32,000 nucleotides of DNA from Candidatus Nitrospira inopinata (GCF_001458695.1 NZ_LN885086.1:840001-872000), one strand, 5' to 3'; shown: positions 1 through 9,244, counted from the first letter of the stretch. Numbers and translations: made by a program. The notes: generated by a model from the letters alone, not told the origin.

Positions 1-1773
1 TGAACGGATCTTCTCCCGTGTGAACACTGAGTCCGGCCCCCGACCATGGCGTGGCAGTCCATGCGCCGGCCTTATAGTTTCCGGCCCAAGTATGCTGACC
101 GGTCCCGAACTTGCCAACGTTCCCCGTGATAATCAGCACCATCGCAGCCCCACGGGCGTTGATGGTCTGATGGAAGTAGTGGCACGTGCCTTCGCCATTG
201 TGAATCGCGGCCGGTTTAATAGTGCCCGAATCACGAGCCCATCGCACAATAAGGTCTTTCGGCGTTCGCGTGATCTGGTGAACCGTATCAAGATCATAAT
301 CCTGGAAATGCACCATGTACATTTGCCATATAGGCATGGCATCAATTTCACGCCCGTTCAGCAATTTGACTCTGTACGTACCGGTCAGGGCCGCATCGAT
401 ACCGCTGTTCACATAGTGCCATCCGACCTGCTCTCGATGGAGGGGAACAGCCTGCTTTTTATTGAGGTCCCACACCATCATCCCGCCTAAACGCTGAATC
501 TGCTCGGGCTTGAGCGACTGAATTCTCCCCGAATAGCTTTTTGAAAAATCAGGAAATTTGTAATCAGGAATGACATCGCGCGGGTCCAAATATTGGAGCG
601 TGTCCGTTCGCACAAGAATTGGGGCATCGGTAAAGGATTTCAGAAAATCAACGTCGTGCATGTTCTCATCGACGATAATCTTCATCGCCCCCAAAAAGAG
701 CGCGCCATCAGACTGCGGACGAAGCGGCATCCAGTAATCAGCCCGATAGGCAGTGGGGTTGTATTCGGGAGTGATCACAACAACCCTCGCGCCTCGCTCG
801 ATACATTCGAGCTTCCAATGGGCCTCCGGCATCTTGTTTTCAACAAAGTTCTTTCCCCAGCTCGTGTTCAATTTAGAAAAACGCATGTCGGATAGGTCAA
901 CGTCAGACCCCTGGACACCGGACCACCAGGGATGGGCAGGATTTTGATCCCCGTGCCAAGTATAGTTGGACCAATAACGGCCTCCCTGCGCCTGGTCCGG
1001 CCCCACCTTTCTAATCCAAGTATCCAGAAGAGCGTTGATCCCGCCGTTCATCCTGGTGTTGCCCATTTTTCCAATGATCCCAAGCACCGGCATCCCAGCT
1101 CGGTGCTTGAAACAGCGGGTACCGGCCCCCTTCATCATCTCGATCATTTCAGGCGCATATCCCTGCTCCCGGAGACGCCTGGCCCCAGCCTCGCCACTAT
1201 ACCGCGTGGCGATAATGATCATGGCCTTGGCCGCATAAGTGAACGCCGTATCCCAAGACACTCGAAGCATGTCATCCAGGAACCGGCTATCGAATTTATA
1301 CTTGCGCTTGGTTTCCGGCGTCAGTTCGGGAGCACCATCATCCATCCACTGCTTCCATCCCTTTCGCATCAAGGGCCCCTTCAACCGATACGGCCCGTAG
1401 ACACGCCGATGGAACGTAAACCCCTTCAGGCACATACGAGGATTGTGCGCGAACGTCCCCCGATTTCCATAAAGATCTTCATAGGTCTGGTGGTCATAAT
1501 TTTGCTCAACGCGCATGACCACGCCGTTTCTAACAAATGCCCGCACCCGGCAGGCATGCGTGTCATTGGGCGAGCAAACCCATGTAAATGATGAATCGTA
1601 TCGGTACTGATCATGATAGACACGCTCCCAGGACCGATCTGGATACTCGCCGAGCGGGTTTCCAACCTCAATAACCGGTTGCAGCGCGGTTAACGCCAAG
1701 ACTTTATCGGCAACCGCCACAGCGGCAACCGTCCCCACGGATACCTTCAAAAACTGCCTACGCGACAAGAACA
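1..1773 (-). CDS. nxrA: Nitrite oxidoreductase alpha subunit NxrA (periplasmic, Nitrospira type), N-terminal 591 aa; C-terminus lies beyond the left edge
   Basis: The minus-strand frame is open for all 591 codons from ATG 1773-1771 to position 1. GAGGAGG lies about 8 nt upstream. The N-terminus MFLSRRQFLKVSVGTVAAVAVA carries a twin-arginine motif. It is followed by EYPDRSWERVYHDQYRYDSSFTWVCSPNDTHACRVRAFVRNGVVMRVEQNYDHQTYEDLYGNRGTFAHNPRMCLKGFTFHRRVYGPYRLKGP, which I recognise from memory as Nitrospira NxrA (type II DMSO-reductase family). Confidence 0.9.
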
Positions 1774-1917
1774 TTGTAGATACCTCCTCACCAGGTTGGG
1801 AGAGCCGTTATTTCAGACCTTAAAATTCTTATTTCATTTTTTAACTGCACCGCTCAGACCTTTTTACAATCCTTTACAAGCCCATACACACGCCCACACA
1901 TCGGATGCTACATAGTC

Positions 1918-1934
1918 TGCAAAATACGATCCGG
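1918..1934 (-). promoter_or_regulatory. Candidate sigma-54 (-24/-12) promoter for nxrA
   Basis: The minus strand reads CCGGATCGTATTTTGCA. It has GG-N10-GC spacing and a TTGCA -12 element, compared with consensus TGGCACG-N4-TTGCW. The site is about 145 nt upstream of the nxrA ATG. The -24 half is imperfect. Confidence 0.3.
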
Positions 1935-2131
1935 AAATGAAATGACGACGTTAAGCATTAAAACGATTCTTAAACAATGACTTATACGGATCATTCAAAA
2001 AGATTTTGAAAGCGTCGCATGGGTGATTTTCGTAGCACCTTATCCAAGACCAGCTCGAGCCTTTTAAAAATTCTCTGTTAAAACAATTAGTTTGTGAATT
2101 TTCCCCTCAGTGATCCTGTCAGCACAAAATA

Positions 2132-2145
2132 TTACGATATCGTAA
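2132..2145. promoter_or_regulatory. Perfect 14-bp palindrome TTACGATATCGTAA, possible dimeric regulator or enhancer-binding site
   Basis: The sequence is exactly self-complementary. It lies in the AT-rich nxrA upstream region, about 200 bp upstream of the sigma-54-like element. Confidence 0.3.
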
Positions 2146-2408
2146 CGCCTTTAACTGAATCAGAGTTTGCTCGCTCGGCATAAGAGTAAGATATCTGAAA
2201 AGTATATGTACCGTCGTGATTGGTTCATGCTACGTATTCCGCGCACATCAGACGCGCGCCGGCGGAGAGTTGTATTCTGTTTGCCGATGCCTTTACTCCC
2301 CTACTCCTCCTCGACCATGAAACACAGCCAGGATTCGCAGTTGAGACTCCAGAGCCTTTCTTGAGGAGTTTTTACTTGACCTGGAAACGCTCCCCCTACC
2401 TCCTCTTG

Positions 2409-2437
2409 CTTGACACCCCTGCGGATGCCCAGTAGAA
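2409..2437 (+). promoter_or_regulatory. Sigma-70 promoter of tRNA-Gly
   Basis: TTGACA (2409-2414), an exact 17-nt spacer, then TAGAAT (2432-2437). The tRNA 5' end is about 37 nt downstream of the -10. Confidence 0.6.
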
Positions 2438-2473
2438 TCGGCCCCTGCATTGATCAATGCGCTCGTTCGACGA

Positions 2474-2548
2474 GCGGGAATAGCTCAGTGGTAGAGCATC
2501 GCCTTGCCAAGGCGAGGGTCGCGGGTTCAAATCCCGTTTCCCGCTCCA
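2474..2548 (+). tRNA. tRNA-Gly (anticodon GCC), CCA encoded
   Basis: A hand-folded cloverleaf fits. Acceptor GCGGGAA/TTCCCGC, D arm GCTC/GAGC, anticodon stem TCGCC/GGCGA with loop TTGCCAA, T arm GCGGG-TTCAAAT-CCCGT, discriminator U, then CCA. Confidence 0.95.
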
Positions 2549-4770
2549 GTCTTTCCTCCCAATCCCCTTTCAACTCGCTGTTCTCGCGTCAAGCTCGTTA
2601 ATTGACACAACGTGTTTTGGGCGATGGTGTATTCATCGGATGTCAACGTCGCTTTCCCAAATCTTCCGCGGCAGTACAGTTCCGTGATTGTTGCCGCCGG
2701 TGGAAACGCGTCTGTCCACTGTGTCCGTATCGTGTCTAGGAATTGAAGCGGGCCCGTGCTCACCGGTTTCTGAATGCCTCTGCTCGACAGATACAGAATC
2801 ATGTCCATGTAGAGCTTCGTGACGGCTCCCTTGTCGTCTTGACTACCATCTTTTGAGAAGAATCTTCCATGCTGCGATTGCTTCCACCCCCGCCACAGAA
2901 GCAGAGAGAGTCCCGCCAGAAAGGCGATGAACCCCGCGGCAAGTATTCCGGTGGTGCTCCGGTCGTAGAGACCGACGATCTTTTCCCTCCACGAGGTCGG
3001 CGGAGTAAACCATCTGAACGTGGAATCCCAAACCTTCTGTCCGATGGTCGCGCTACCGACTTGGACCTCCCGGACGATTGCAAGTTGATCCGCCGCGCTA
3101 AACCGCACGACCACTCGATTCCATAGCAGTCGAATATGGTCCGCCATTCTTGCCCACCCCTGCCAGGAACCGGTCACGGCGCCGATATCTTCAGATGGAG
3201 GAGTCGGGTCCATGACCATCCAGCCTGAGTGAGGCAGGTGGACTTCGACCCAGGCATGGGCATCTTGCTGCCTGACCACATAATAATGCCCATACTCATT
3301 CCATTCCGTCGCCAGAAACCCCGTTACCAGACGAGCGGGAATGCCCAGTGTCCGCAACATGATCACCATGGCCGTTGCATAGTGCTCGCAATAGCCGGTT
3401 TTCCGGTCGAACAAAAACTCCTCCAGGGGGTTGGCTTGCTTGGCAACTGGGATCTCAAGGCTGTAGCGATAATTTCGGGCGAGATGATCCTGAATCGCCA
3501 TCGCTTGCCCATAAGGAGTTCGCTCGTGCCGAACGACCGTCCTGGCCAAGGCGGCGACACGGTCCGATCGAGCAGGGATCTGAGTAAAATGCCTAAGAAA
3601 CGCTTCATGATAGACGACCGGCGACGGCTGAAGATCGGCCGGCAAGACGGCGGGGGATCGCGAGACAGCCACATATTCGACGGGCGCGGCGCTGGGAAAC
3701 GGCAAATAGAACGAGCCGTTCACGTCAACCTGGACCGCCGACAGATTCCCGCTGACGGCCTCCATAAATGGAGCTCCGAACAGAACGGGGGTGTCGAGTG
3801 GCTCCAGAAATATCTTCAGTTGAAGAGAATGCCTCTCGGATATTCCTCTTTTTTCTCCCTGACTCTCGTTCAGGACAAAGATTCCCGGCCCTGTTTCACG
3901 TACCACCCGTCGCCGGCTCAGTTGATTGACCCACGACCGGCCATCATAATGATCGAACGCAATTCCTCGTAAATACAGCCGTCCCTTTCCATCCGGGGCC
4001 CGACCGGGCGGTTCCACCCTCATCACAACGCGGGGGTCCTGCTTGATGGGTCCGATGGAACCCAAATCCACGGCATCAGAAAATCCTGCGGTTCGAATGG
4101 TCGCGCCCTGGCCGTTCTGATAGAACCCGGCCTGGAGCCGTGGCAGGGCAAAAAACAGAAGCAACGTGACGCCAAAAACGAAAAGAGCAAGCCCATTGGC
4201 CAACCGGAACACCTGAGGGGTCACACGGCCATACGATCCCCTCGTCTCCCGTTGAGAGGCCAAGACGGGAGCGGACGTGTCAGGATCTTCCACCTGCTTC
4301 GTTATCCCCAGTAGCAGAAGCGTCCAGACCCCGACAAAGAGATACACAAGAAAGAGGGGAAAGTACCAGAAGTCCGCTCCCAGCGACGCTGCCGCCAACA
4401 TCACGACCACACTGATGACATGGAGATGGAGGTAGTCGCGGAAGCATCGAAGGGTAAACAGCTTGATGACCATGAGGACGAGAAGAAAGCGAACCCCCGC
4501 GGGAAGCAACTCGCCCGACATGAGGCTGTCAACCCAGAATCCGAAAAATCCAAGAAGGACAAGGACATTCCAGACGGCCGTGGGGAGCCCGGTCCAGGCT
4601 GCTGGAGAGGAATCACCGGTCGATTCCGTGACGCGCACCAGCGCGAGAATCAACGCCACCCCAATCAGAAACGTCAGCCAGCCTGGCAGGTGCGACTCAA
4701 GAAATAAGGCAATGAAAGAAACGCTGGCAAGCAGGATGGACGTGAGGCGGAACGCCTGATCAAGAGACAT
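2527..4770 (-). CDS. Transglutaminase-like membrane protein (TgpA-like: N-terminal multi-TM DUF3488, TGase core, C-terminal DUF4129-like)
   Basis: Track ORF 2527..4860. It has the Cys-His-Asp core context GYCEHYATAMVIMLRTLGIPARLVTGF ... DAHAWVEV and several N-terminal TM helices. I prefer the ATG at 4770 (MSLDQAF...), which overlaps the upstream DUF58 stop by 11 nt. Confidence 0.85.
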   Translation of the reverse strand: MSLDQAFRLTSILLASVSFIALFLESHLPGWLTFLIGVALILALVRVTESTGDSSPAAWTGLPTAVWNVLVLLGFFGFWVDSLMSGELLPAGVRFLLVLMVIKLFTLRCFRDYLHLHVISVVVMLAAASLGADFWYFPLFLVYLFVGVWTLLLLGITKQVEDPDTSAPVLASQRETRGSYGRVTPQVFRLANGLALFVFGVTLLLFFALPRLQAGFYQNGQGATIRTAGFSDAVDLGSIGPIKQDPRVVMRVEPPGRAPDGKGRLYLRGIAFDHYDGRSWVNQLSRRRVVRETGPGIFVLNESQGEKRGISERHSLQLKIFLEPLDTPVLFGAPFMEAVSGNLSAVQVDVNGSFYLPFPSAAPVEYVAVSRSPAVLPADLQPSPVVYHEAFLRHFTQIPARSDRVAALARTVVRHERTPYGQAMAIQDHLARNYRYSLEIPVAKQANPLEEFLFDRKTGYCEHYATAMVIMLRTLGIPARLVTGFLATEWNEYGHYYVVRQQDAHAWVEVHLPHSGWMVMDPTPPSEDIGAVTGSWQGWARMADHIRLLWNRVVVRFSAADQLAIVREVQVGSATIGQKVWDSTFRWFTPPTSWREKIVGLYDRSTTGILAAGFIAFLAGLSLLLWRGWKQSQHGRFFSKDGSQDDKGAVTKLYMDMILYLSSRGIQKPVSTGPLQFLDTIRTQWTDAFPPAATITELYCRGRFGKATLTSDEYTIAQNTLCQLTSLTREQRVERGLGGKTGAGNGI

Positions 4771-5917
4771 GGCCCCCCCCGCCCATTGTCTCCATGTCGA
4801 TAAGAGAGATCTCGTCGGACGTGATGGGAACCGGCGCCTGCCGCCAGGATCGCACGACAATCATTGCCCCGCGACCCCATTCATCCGGCGACCGGGAATG
4901 ATCGGTGAAAACTAGCGTTTCCTCGCCTGGTGCTCGACGTTCGCAAAAGGCCAAAGCCCGTAGCAGTTCAACGAGGTGGGCGTCGCCGTGACCGAAGGAC
5001 GAGCAACACGACCCCACCATCAATCTGAGCCAATACCCCAGGCCGGTCAGGTGATGTAACAGCGATGCCGTCAGAGAGACCGCTTCTTCGAAAACCGCGT
5101 CGTGGCTGTCCGGAGCGAGGAGCGATAAGTAGATCGTCGCCCGACGATGACTCTCCGCTTCCGTCTCCCGAACGATGAGCTTCGAGGTCCTGGCGGTCGT
5201 CAACCAGTGGATGGTCCGCGAGTCATCCCCAGGCTGATAGAGGCGCAGATTGTACAGGTCGCTGCCGTATCCCTTTCGATGAACGGTCCGTTCCTGTCCC
5301 GGTCCCGACAGCTCCCGCAGCAATCCGTTCGGAAGCGGCTTGATCGCCGGACTCACGGGAACCGTCGCGGGGATGGAATAGCACGCCGTTTTGTAAAAGA
5401 GACCGAAGGGAAAGGAAGTCGAGACCGACACTTCGTCCAATTTGAGCGAACCCCGCTTGGAAGGGACGAGCGGGTAGGAAAGAAGACGGCCAGCCCCGGG
5501 CGGAAGGTGATGAACGGCGAGCCCCCGGTCCAGGCCATGACCATCGGCGGTCACATCACACAATCGCAACGCATAGCTCGACCACCGCCTCTTTCCGTTT
5601 TTGATCACCAGCGCCGCCGTCGCCGGCTCATTGACGAACAGCAGATCCGGCACATGACGGCGGATTTCCAATCGATTCAAGCAGGACCGCGCCGCGACGC
5701 CGGAGACCAACACGCCGCTCAACATCATGGAGAGGAGGAGGTAAAAGAGATTGTTGCCGGTATTGACCGCCGCCACCCCGACGGCCAGGGCCAGAAACAG
5801 AAACAACGCTCCTTCCGACGTCACCCGTGTCGATCGGCGGAGAGCAAGGCGGCGCAGAATGGAACGACTACGCCCCGACACGTTCCCGTCCTTCTTGACA
5901 ACGAGAGGCATTCCCAT
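4760..5917 (-). CDS. DUF58 domain protein (MoxR-associated)
   Basis: Track ORF 4760..5992. The N-terminal TM hairpin (ALFLFLALAVGVAAVNTGNNLFYLLLSMML) and the position between a MoxR ATPase and a transglutaminase are typical of DUF58. The start is probably ATG 5917 or 5911, downstream of the moxR stop. Confidence 0.8.
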   Translation of the reverse strand: MGMPLVVKKDGNVSGRSRSILRRLALRRSTRVTSEGALFLFLALAVGVAAVNTGNNLFYLLLSMMLSGVLVSGVAARSCLNRLEIRRHVPDLLFVNEPATAALVIKNGKRRWSSYALRLCDVTADGHGLDRGLAVHHLPPGAGRLLSYPLVPSKRGSLKLDEVSVSTSFPFGLFYKTACYSIPATVPVSPAIKPLPNGLLRELSGPGQERTVHRKGYGSDLYNLRLYQPGDDSRTIHWLTTARTSKLIVRETEAESHRRATIYLSLLAPDSHDAVFEEAVSLTASLLHHLTGLGYWLRLMVGSCCSSFGHGDAHLVELLRALAFCERRAPGEETLVFTDHSRSPDEWGRGAMIVVRSWRQAPVPITSDEISLIDMETMGGGGHVS

Positions 5918-5946
5918 GCCGTTGCGGGCACACGTTGCGTACGCGC

Positions 5947-6891
5947 TCAAACGGGAACGGGGACTGAATCCACAATATCGCGGATGATGCATTCGGCTTG
6001 TTCAAAGCCGCGCCGGCGAAGGCCTTGCGCGTGGGCAACCATCACCCGGTGAGAAAGAACGATCGGCGCCAACTCTCTAATATCGTCGGGCAGACAGTAG
6101 GTCCGCCCTCGTGCAAGCGCCAGCGCCTTGGTTGCACGGTTGAGCGCCAGCGCCCCTCGCGTGCTTACCCCCAAAGCAAGCAGCTCGGACTGTCGCGTCG
6201 CCTGTACAATGGAGAGCAAATAGTCGGTGAGACTTTCGTCCATGAAAACGTTGTCCGCCTGAGCCTGAAGATCGAGCACATCTTGAGCGGTGACGATCGG
6301 CCGAAGCTCTTCGGCGGGGTGCAAGGACGGAGTCCGTTCCAATACTTTTTTTTCCTCCTCCGGCATGGGATAGCCGAGACGAAGCTTCATGAAAAATCGG
6401 TCGAGTTGCGATTCGGGTAAGGGGAAGGTTCCATGATACTCGGCCGGGTTCTGCGTCGCGATGACCATAAACGGCTGACCTAAGGGGTAGGTCTGATTAT
6501 CCACCGAAATCTGCGCTTCGCTCATGGCCTCCAACAGACTGCTTTGCGTCTTTGGCGTCGTCCGATTAATTTCGTCGGCCAACACGATGTTGGCGAAGAT
6601 CGGGCCGGGCATGAACTCGAACGCTTGTTTTTGACGATTGAAGATCGAGACGCCGACAATGTCCGATGGGAGGAGGTCGCTCGTAAATTGGATGCGCTTG
6701 AACGAACAGTCCAGCGACCGAGCCAGGCTATGGGCCAACGTGGTTTTCCCGACGCCGGGTACGTCTTCAAGGAGCAGATGTCCTCGAGCCAGAAGACAGA
6801 CGACCGTCATTTCAATGGCGGCCGGTTTGCCTTTAATCACCCGCGCGATATTGTTTTGAATCGAACGAATGGTTTCTGTCGGATTCATCAT
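5947..6891 (-). CDS. MoxR-family AAA+ ATPase
   Basis: Track ORF 5947..6957. Walker A LLEDVPGVGKTTLA, Walker B VLADEINRTTPKTQSSLLEAM, and a FMVIATQNP motif. I prefer the start MMNPTETIRSIQ at 6891. Confidence 0.9.
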   Translation of the reverse strand: MMNPTETIRSIQNNIARVIKGKPAAIEMTVVCLLARGHLLLEDVPGVGKTTLAHSLARSLDCSFKRIQFTSDLLPSDIVGVSIFNRQKQAFEFMPGPIFANIVLADEINRTTPKTQSSLLEAMSEAQISVDNQTYPLGQPFMVIATQNPAEYHGTFPLPESQLDRFFMKLRLGYPMPEEEKKVLERTPSLHPAEELRPIVTAQDVLDLQAQADNVFMDESLTDYLLSIVQATRQSELLALGVSTRGALALNRATKALALARGRTYCLPDDIRELAPIVLSHRVMVAHAQGLRRRGFEQAECIIRDIVDSVPVPV

Positions 6892-7045
6892 GATGAGGAT
6901 TGAAACCGGAGGCGGCTCACGAATGATCGGCCGTCGGGCACGATCGAAGTCTAGCAAAGGGTCGGGAGGTGGTCAATTTTCTCGCCGTTTGCTTCAAGTC
7001 GACAACGGAGGGTTCTAACGGAAAGTTCCGGCGGGACAGAAGTTG

Positions 7046-7069
7046 TCCGGCCATATCTATCCGGCCATA
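7046..7069. repeat. Tandem direct repeat TCCGGCCATA-tcta-TCCGGCCATA
   Basis: Two exact 10-nt copies at 7046-7055 and 7060-7069, a 14-nt period. They lie in the 300-bp divergent moxR / chaN-like intergenic region. Confidence 0.4.
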
Positions 7070-7192
7070 GGAGGGCCGGCGACGGCTGACGATGGACCGA
7101 CCGTGGTCGTCGTGGTCATGTCGGCAGCGATCATTCCCCAATTGCCGCATGGCACACTTGTCCCCCCACCGACGGTGTGATAGGAGTGAACC

Positions 7193-8209
7193 ATGTTTGC
7201 AAAACATCTTCGCCGTGACAAGGTCGATCGAGGCTGCAGCCCCTTTCAAGGGGCGGTCCTCGCCCTCTTGTTCACGGTGAGCCTCGGTTGTCTTCAGCAT
7301 GGCAGCCACGTTTCCGGTTCGGACTCGGCAAGCGAATGGCGACCGTGGCAGGTGCTGGACACGCGAACGGGCCGGATGCTTTCGACATCCGATTGGTTGA
7401 ATGAGTTGACCCTCTATGACGTCATATACGTGGGGGAAGAGCACTACAACGCGTACCACATTGAAGCCGCCTTGCGAATTTTAGAGCACTTGCGGGCCAA
7501 CGGAGTCAAGCCCGTCATCGGCATGGAAATGTTCGGATGGGACGGCCAGGGGGCGTTGGACGATTATGTGTCGAACAAGAACCTATCGAAAAGCGACTTC
7601 CTCGCGCAGGTCCGCTGGACTCAAAACTGGGGAGGAGCGTTTGAGGATTATGAGCCGCTGGTGGCCTTCGCCCGAACCCACAGTTTGTCCGTTCGAGCCA
7701 TGAATCCACCCAGGCCGTTGATCCGTCAAATCGTCAAGGTCGGATTGGCCCAAGCTCGGAAGGATCCGGAATGGCAACGGTGGGGGCTTCATCAGGAAGA
7801 GATCGTCGACGATCCGGCCTACCGTGCGCGGATCCTCGACCAGATTCAGCGCTGTCACGGAGGAGGTAGCAAGGATCATTTTCAATCGATGTACGAGGCA
7901 TCGATGGTCCGCGACGAGGGAATGGCCATGACGATCGCGACAAGCCTGGACGACCTGCGTCGGTCTCAGGAAAAGGCCCGTCGGATCATCGTGAGCTACA
8001 CGGGAGGAGGCCATATCCAATACGGACTGCCCGTTCCCCAACGCGTGGCCAGACGGTTTTCCGGCCAAATCAAGCAGACGACCGTCTACCTCATGTCATT
8101 CGATGGCGGCAAAACCGACGAGCTCCGCGAACAGATGCGCGAACGGATTGCGGACTATATCTGGCTGACGCCGACAAGCAAAAAAGGTCCTCCTCAACGT
8201 TGCCGATAG
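7193..8209 (+). CDS. ChaN-family (Tiki/TraB superfamily, haem-binding uptake-like) lipoprotein
   Basis: AGGAG lies 6 nt upstream of the ATG. There is a signal peptide with lipobox FTVSLGC. The motifs DVIYVGEEHYNAYHIEAAL, VIGMEMF and SYTGGGHIQYG are typical of ChaN/DUF399. Confidence 0.75.
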   Translation: MFAKHLRRDKVDRGCSPFQGAVLALLFTVSLGCLQHGSHVSGSDSASEWRPWQVLDTRTGRMLSTSDWLNELTLYDVIYVGEEHYNAYHIEAALRILEHLRANGVKPVIGMEMFGWDGQGALDDYVSNKNLSKSDFLAQVRWTQNWGGAFEDYEPLVAFARTHSLSVRAMNPPRPLIRQIVKVGLAQARKDPEWQRWGLHQEEIVDDPAYRARILDQIQRCHGGGSKDHFQSMYEASMVRDEGMAMTIATSLDDLRRSQEKARRIIVSYTGGGHIQYGLPVPQRVARRFSGQIKQTTVYLMSFDGGKTDELREQMRERIADYIWLTPTSKKGPPQRCR

Positions 8210-8329
8210 GCGACTCCACGATCTCTCCACGTCTCTCGGCTTCCCGTCCGATAGCACATCAAACTCCTCATTTCTTGACAGTCCTACACGGGCTCGGCAG
8301 ACTAAGGCCATTCTCGCGGCGGGATCATT

Positions 8330-9244
8330 TTGGGAAAGATGCGATACAAAATCGCTTGCAGCGCCGAGCGGCTGGGCTTGCTGGACCCGCAGATGATCGA
8401 GTCCGTGGTCGCAGCCAACGCCTTCCAAATCGGGCGCCAGTACATGACGGAAAACCGAGTTCGCATTGTCGATGCGGACGACACGCAGATCTCCGCAGCC
8501 GTTATCGGACATTCAGGACTATACGAGCAGACGATCAAGCTCAAAGATGGCCATCTGGTTTCCAAGTGTTCGTGCGCGCTCTCCGAAGAGCCGATGTGTC
8601 GGCACTGTATCGCGGCGTTACTGGAGTACCATCGCTGGACGCAACCTCGGCAACCGCAGAAGGGCAAAGCCACCCGCGCCACAACCACTCCGCCGGAGTC
8701 CGCCCCCATGAATGAATCCGATTCTGCTCCACCGAAACCATCGTCCGTTCCCGATATTAAATTGAGTGACGTCATGCAGTTCGTGGCATGGCTTGAGCCG
8801 GCGATGAAAGCGATTGAAAACGGCGGCGAGATTCCGGCTCCGCCCCTCGTGGATCCCGGAGCGGTACGGACGTGGATCACGAATCTGACCGACTTGGAAC
8901 TCCGCCGGCGCGAAAACCAGCAGGCGCTGCTGGACCTTCAGGCCGAAATGAGAGATCGCGAGGCCTATCTCGATCGATTATCTCAGCAGCTCCAGGCGTC
9001 GATCGCGGAAGCGAAGGCCGCCCAATCTGCGCTGCACAGCCTGCAACGTGAGGCTGCGCGGTATCAAACGACCTTGGCCCAAGCCGCAGGACTGGTCGAA
9101 GAAGTGATGGGGCAGGAGGCGGAGATTCGGACGGCCGCGCGCGAACTCCTGAGCAAAGCCGCTCATCTCGATGCACTGACCGACTCCTTTCACGAACTCG
9201 CCGACTCCCTTCAACTCTCGTTGAAACAGCCTCCGCTCAAATGA
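8330..9244 (+). CDS. SWIM zinc-finger protein with a low-complexity linker and a C-terminal coiled coil
   Basis: The CxCxnCxH signature CSCALSEEPMCRHCIAALLEYH is present. The C-terminal roughly 120 aa are heptad-like and Q/A/L/E rich. The start is uncertain: TTG 8330 or ATG 8339. Confidence 0.75.
   Translation: MGKMRYKIACSAERLGLLDPQMIESVVAANAFQIGRQYMTENRVRIVDADDTQISAAVIGHSGLYEQTIKLKDGHLVSKCSCALSEEPMCRHCIAALLEYHRWTQPRQPQKGKATRATTTPPESAPMNESDSAPPKPSSVPDIKLSDVMQFVAWLEPAMKAIENGGEIPAPPLVDPGAVRTWITNLTDLELRRRENQQALLDLQAEMRDREAYLDRLSQQLQASIAEAKAAQSALHSLQREAARYQTTLAQAAGLVEEVMGQEAEIRTAARELLSKAAHLDALTDSFHELADSLQLSLKQPPLK

Noticed and set aside
20-1591. Plus-strand track ORFs 20-490, 593-895, 932-1591 and 1035-1238
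   Set aside because: They lie antisense to the uninterrupted, strongly recognisable nxrA frame. Their translations are Pro/Arg/His-rich and match no motif I recognise. They are shadow ORFs.
1800-2250. AT-rich nxrA-tRNA spacer as a replication origin
   Set aside because: There are only isolated degenerate DnaA-box-like strings, for example TTATCCAAG at 2040-2048. There is no cluster and no dnaA. A promoter/regulatory region for nxrA is the simpler reading.
2474-2548. tRNA-Gly as an integration site of a genomic island
   Set aside because: There is no integrase, recombinase or phage gene on either side. I noticed no duplicated tRNA 3' end (att-like repeat) in the window.
7150-7164. TGGCAC motif upstream of the chaN-like gene as a sigma-54 promoter
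   Set aside because: The -24-like TGGCAC is present, but the position 10 nt downstream of the GG reads CC rather than the required GC/TTGC.
6917-7459. 180-aa minus-strand ORF spanning the moxR/chaN intergenic region
   Set aside because: It overlaps the 5' end of the well-supported ChaN-like gene, has no recognisable motif, and has Arg-rich composition.
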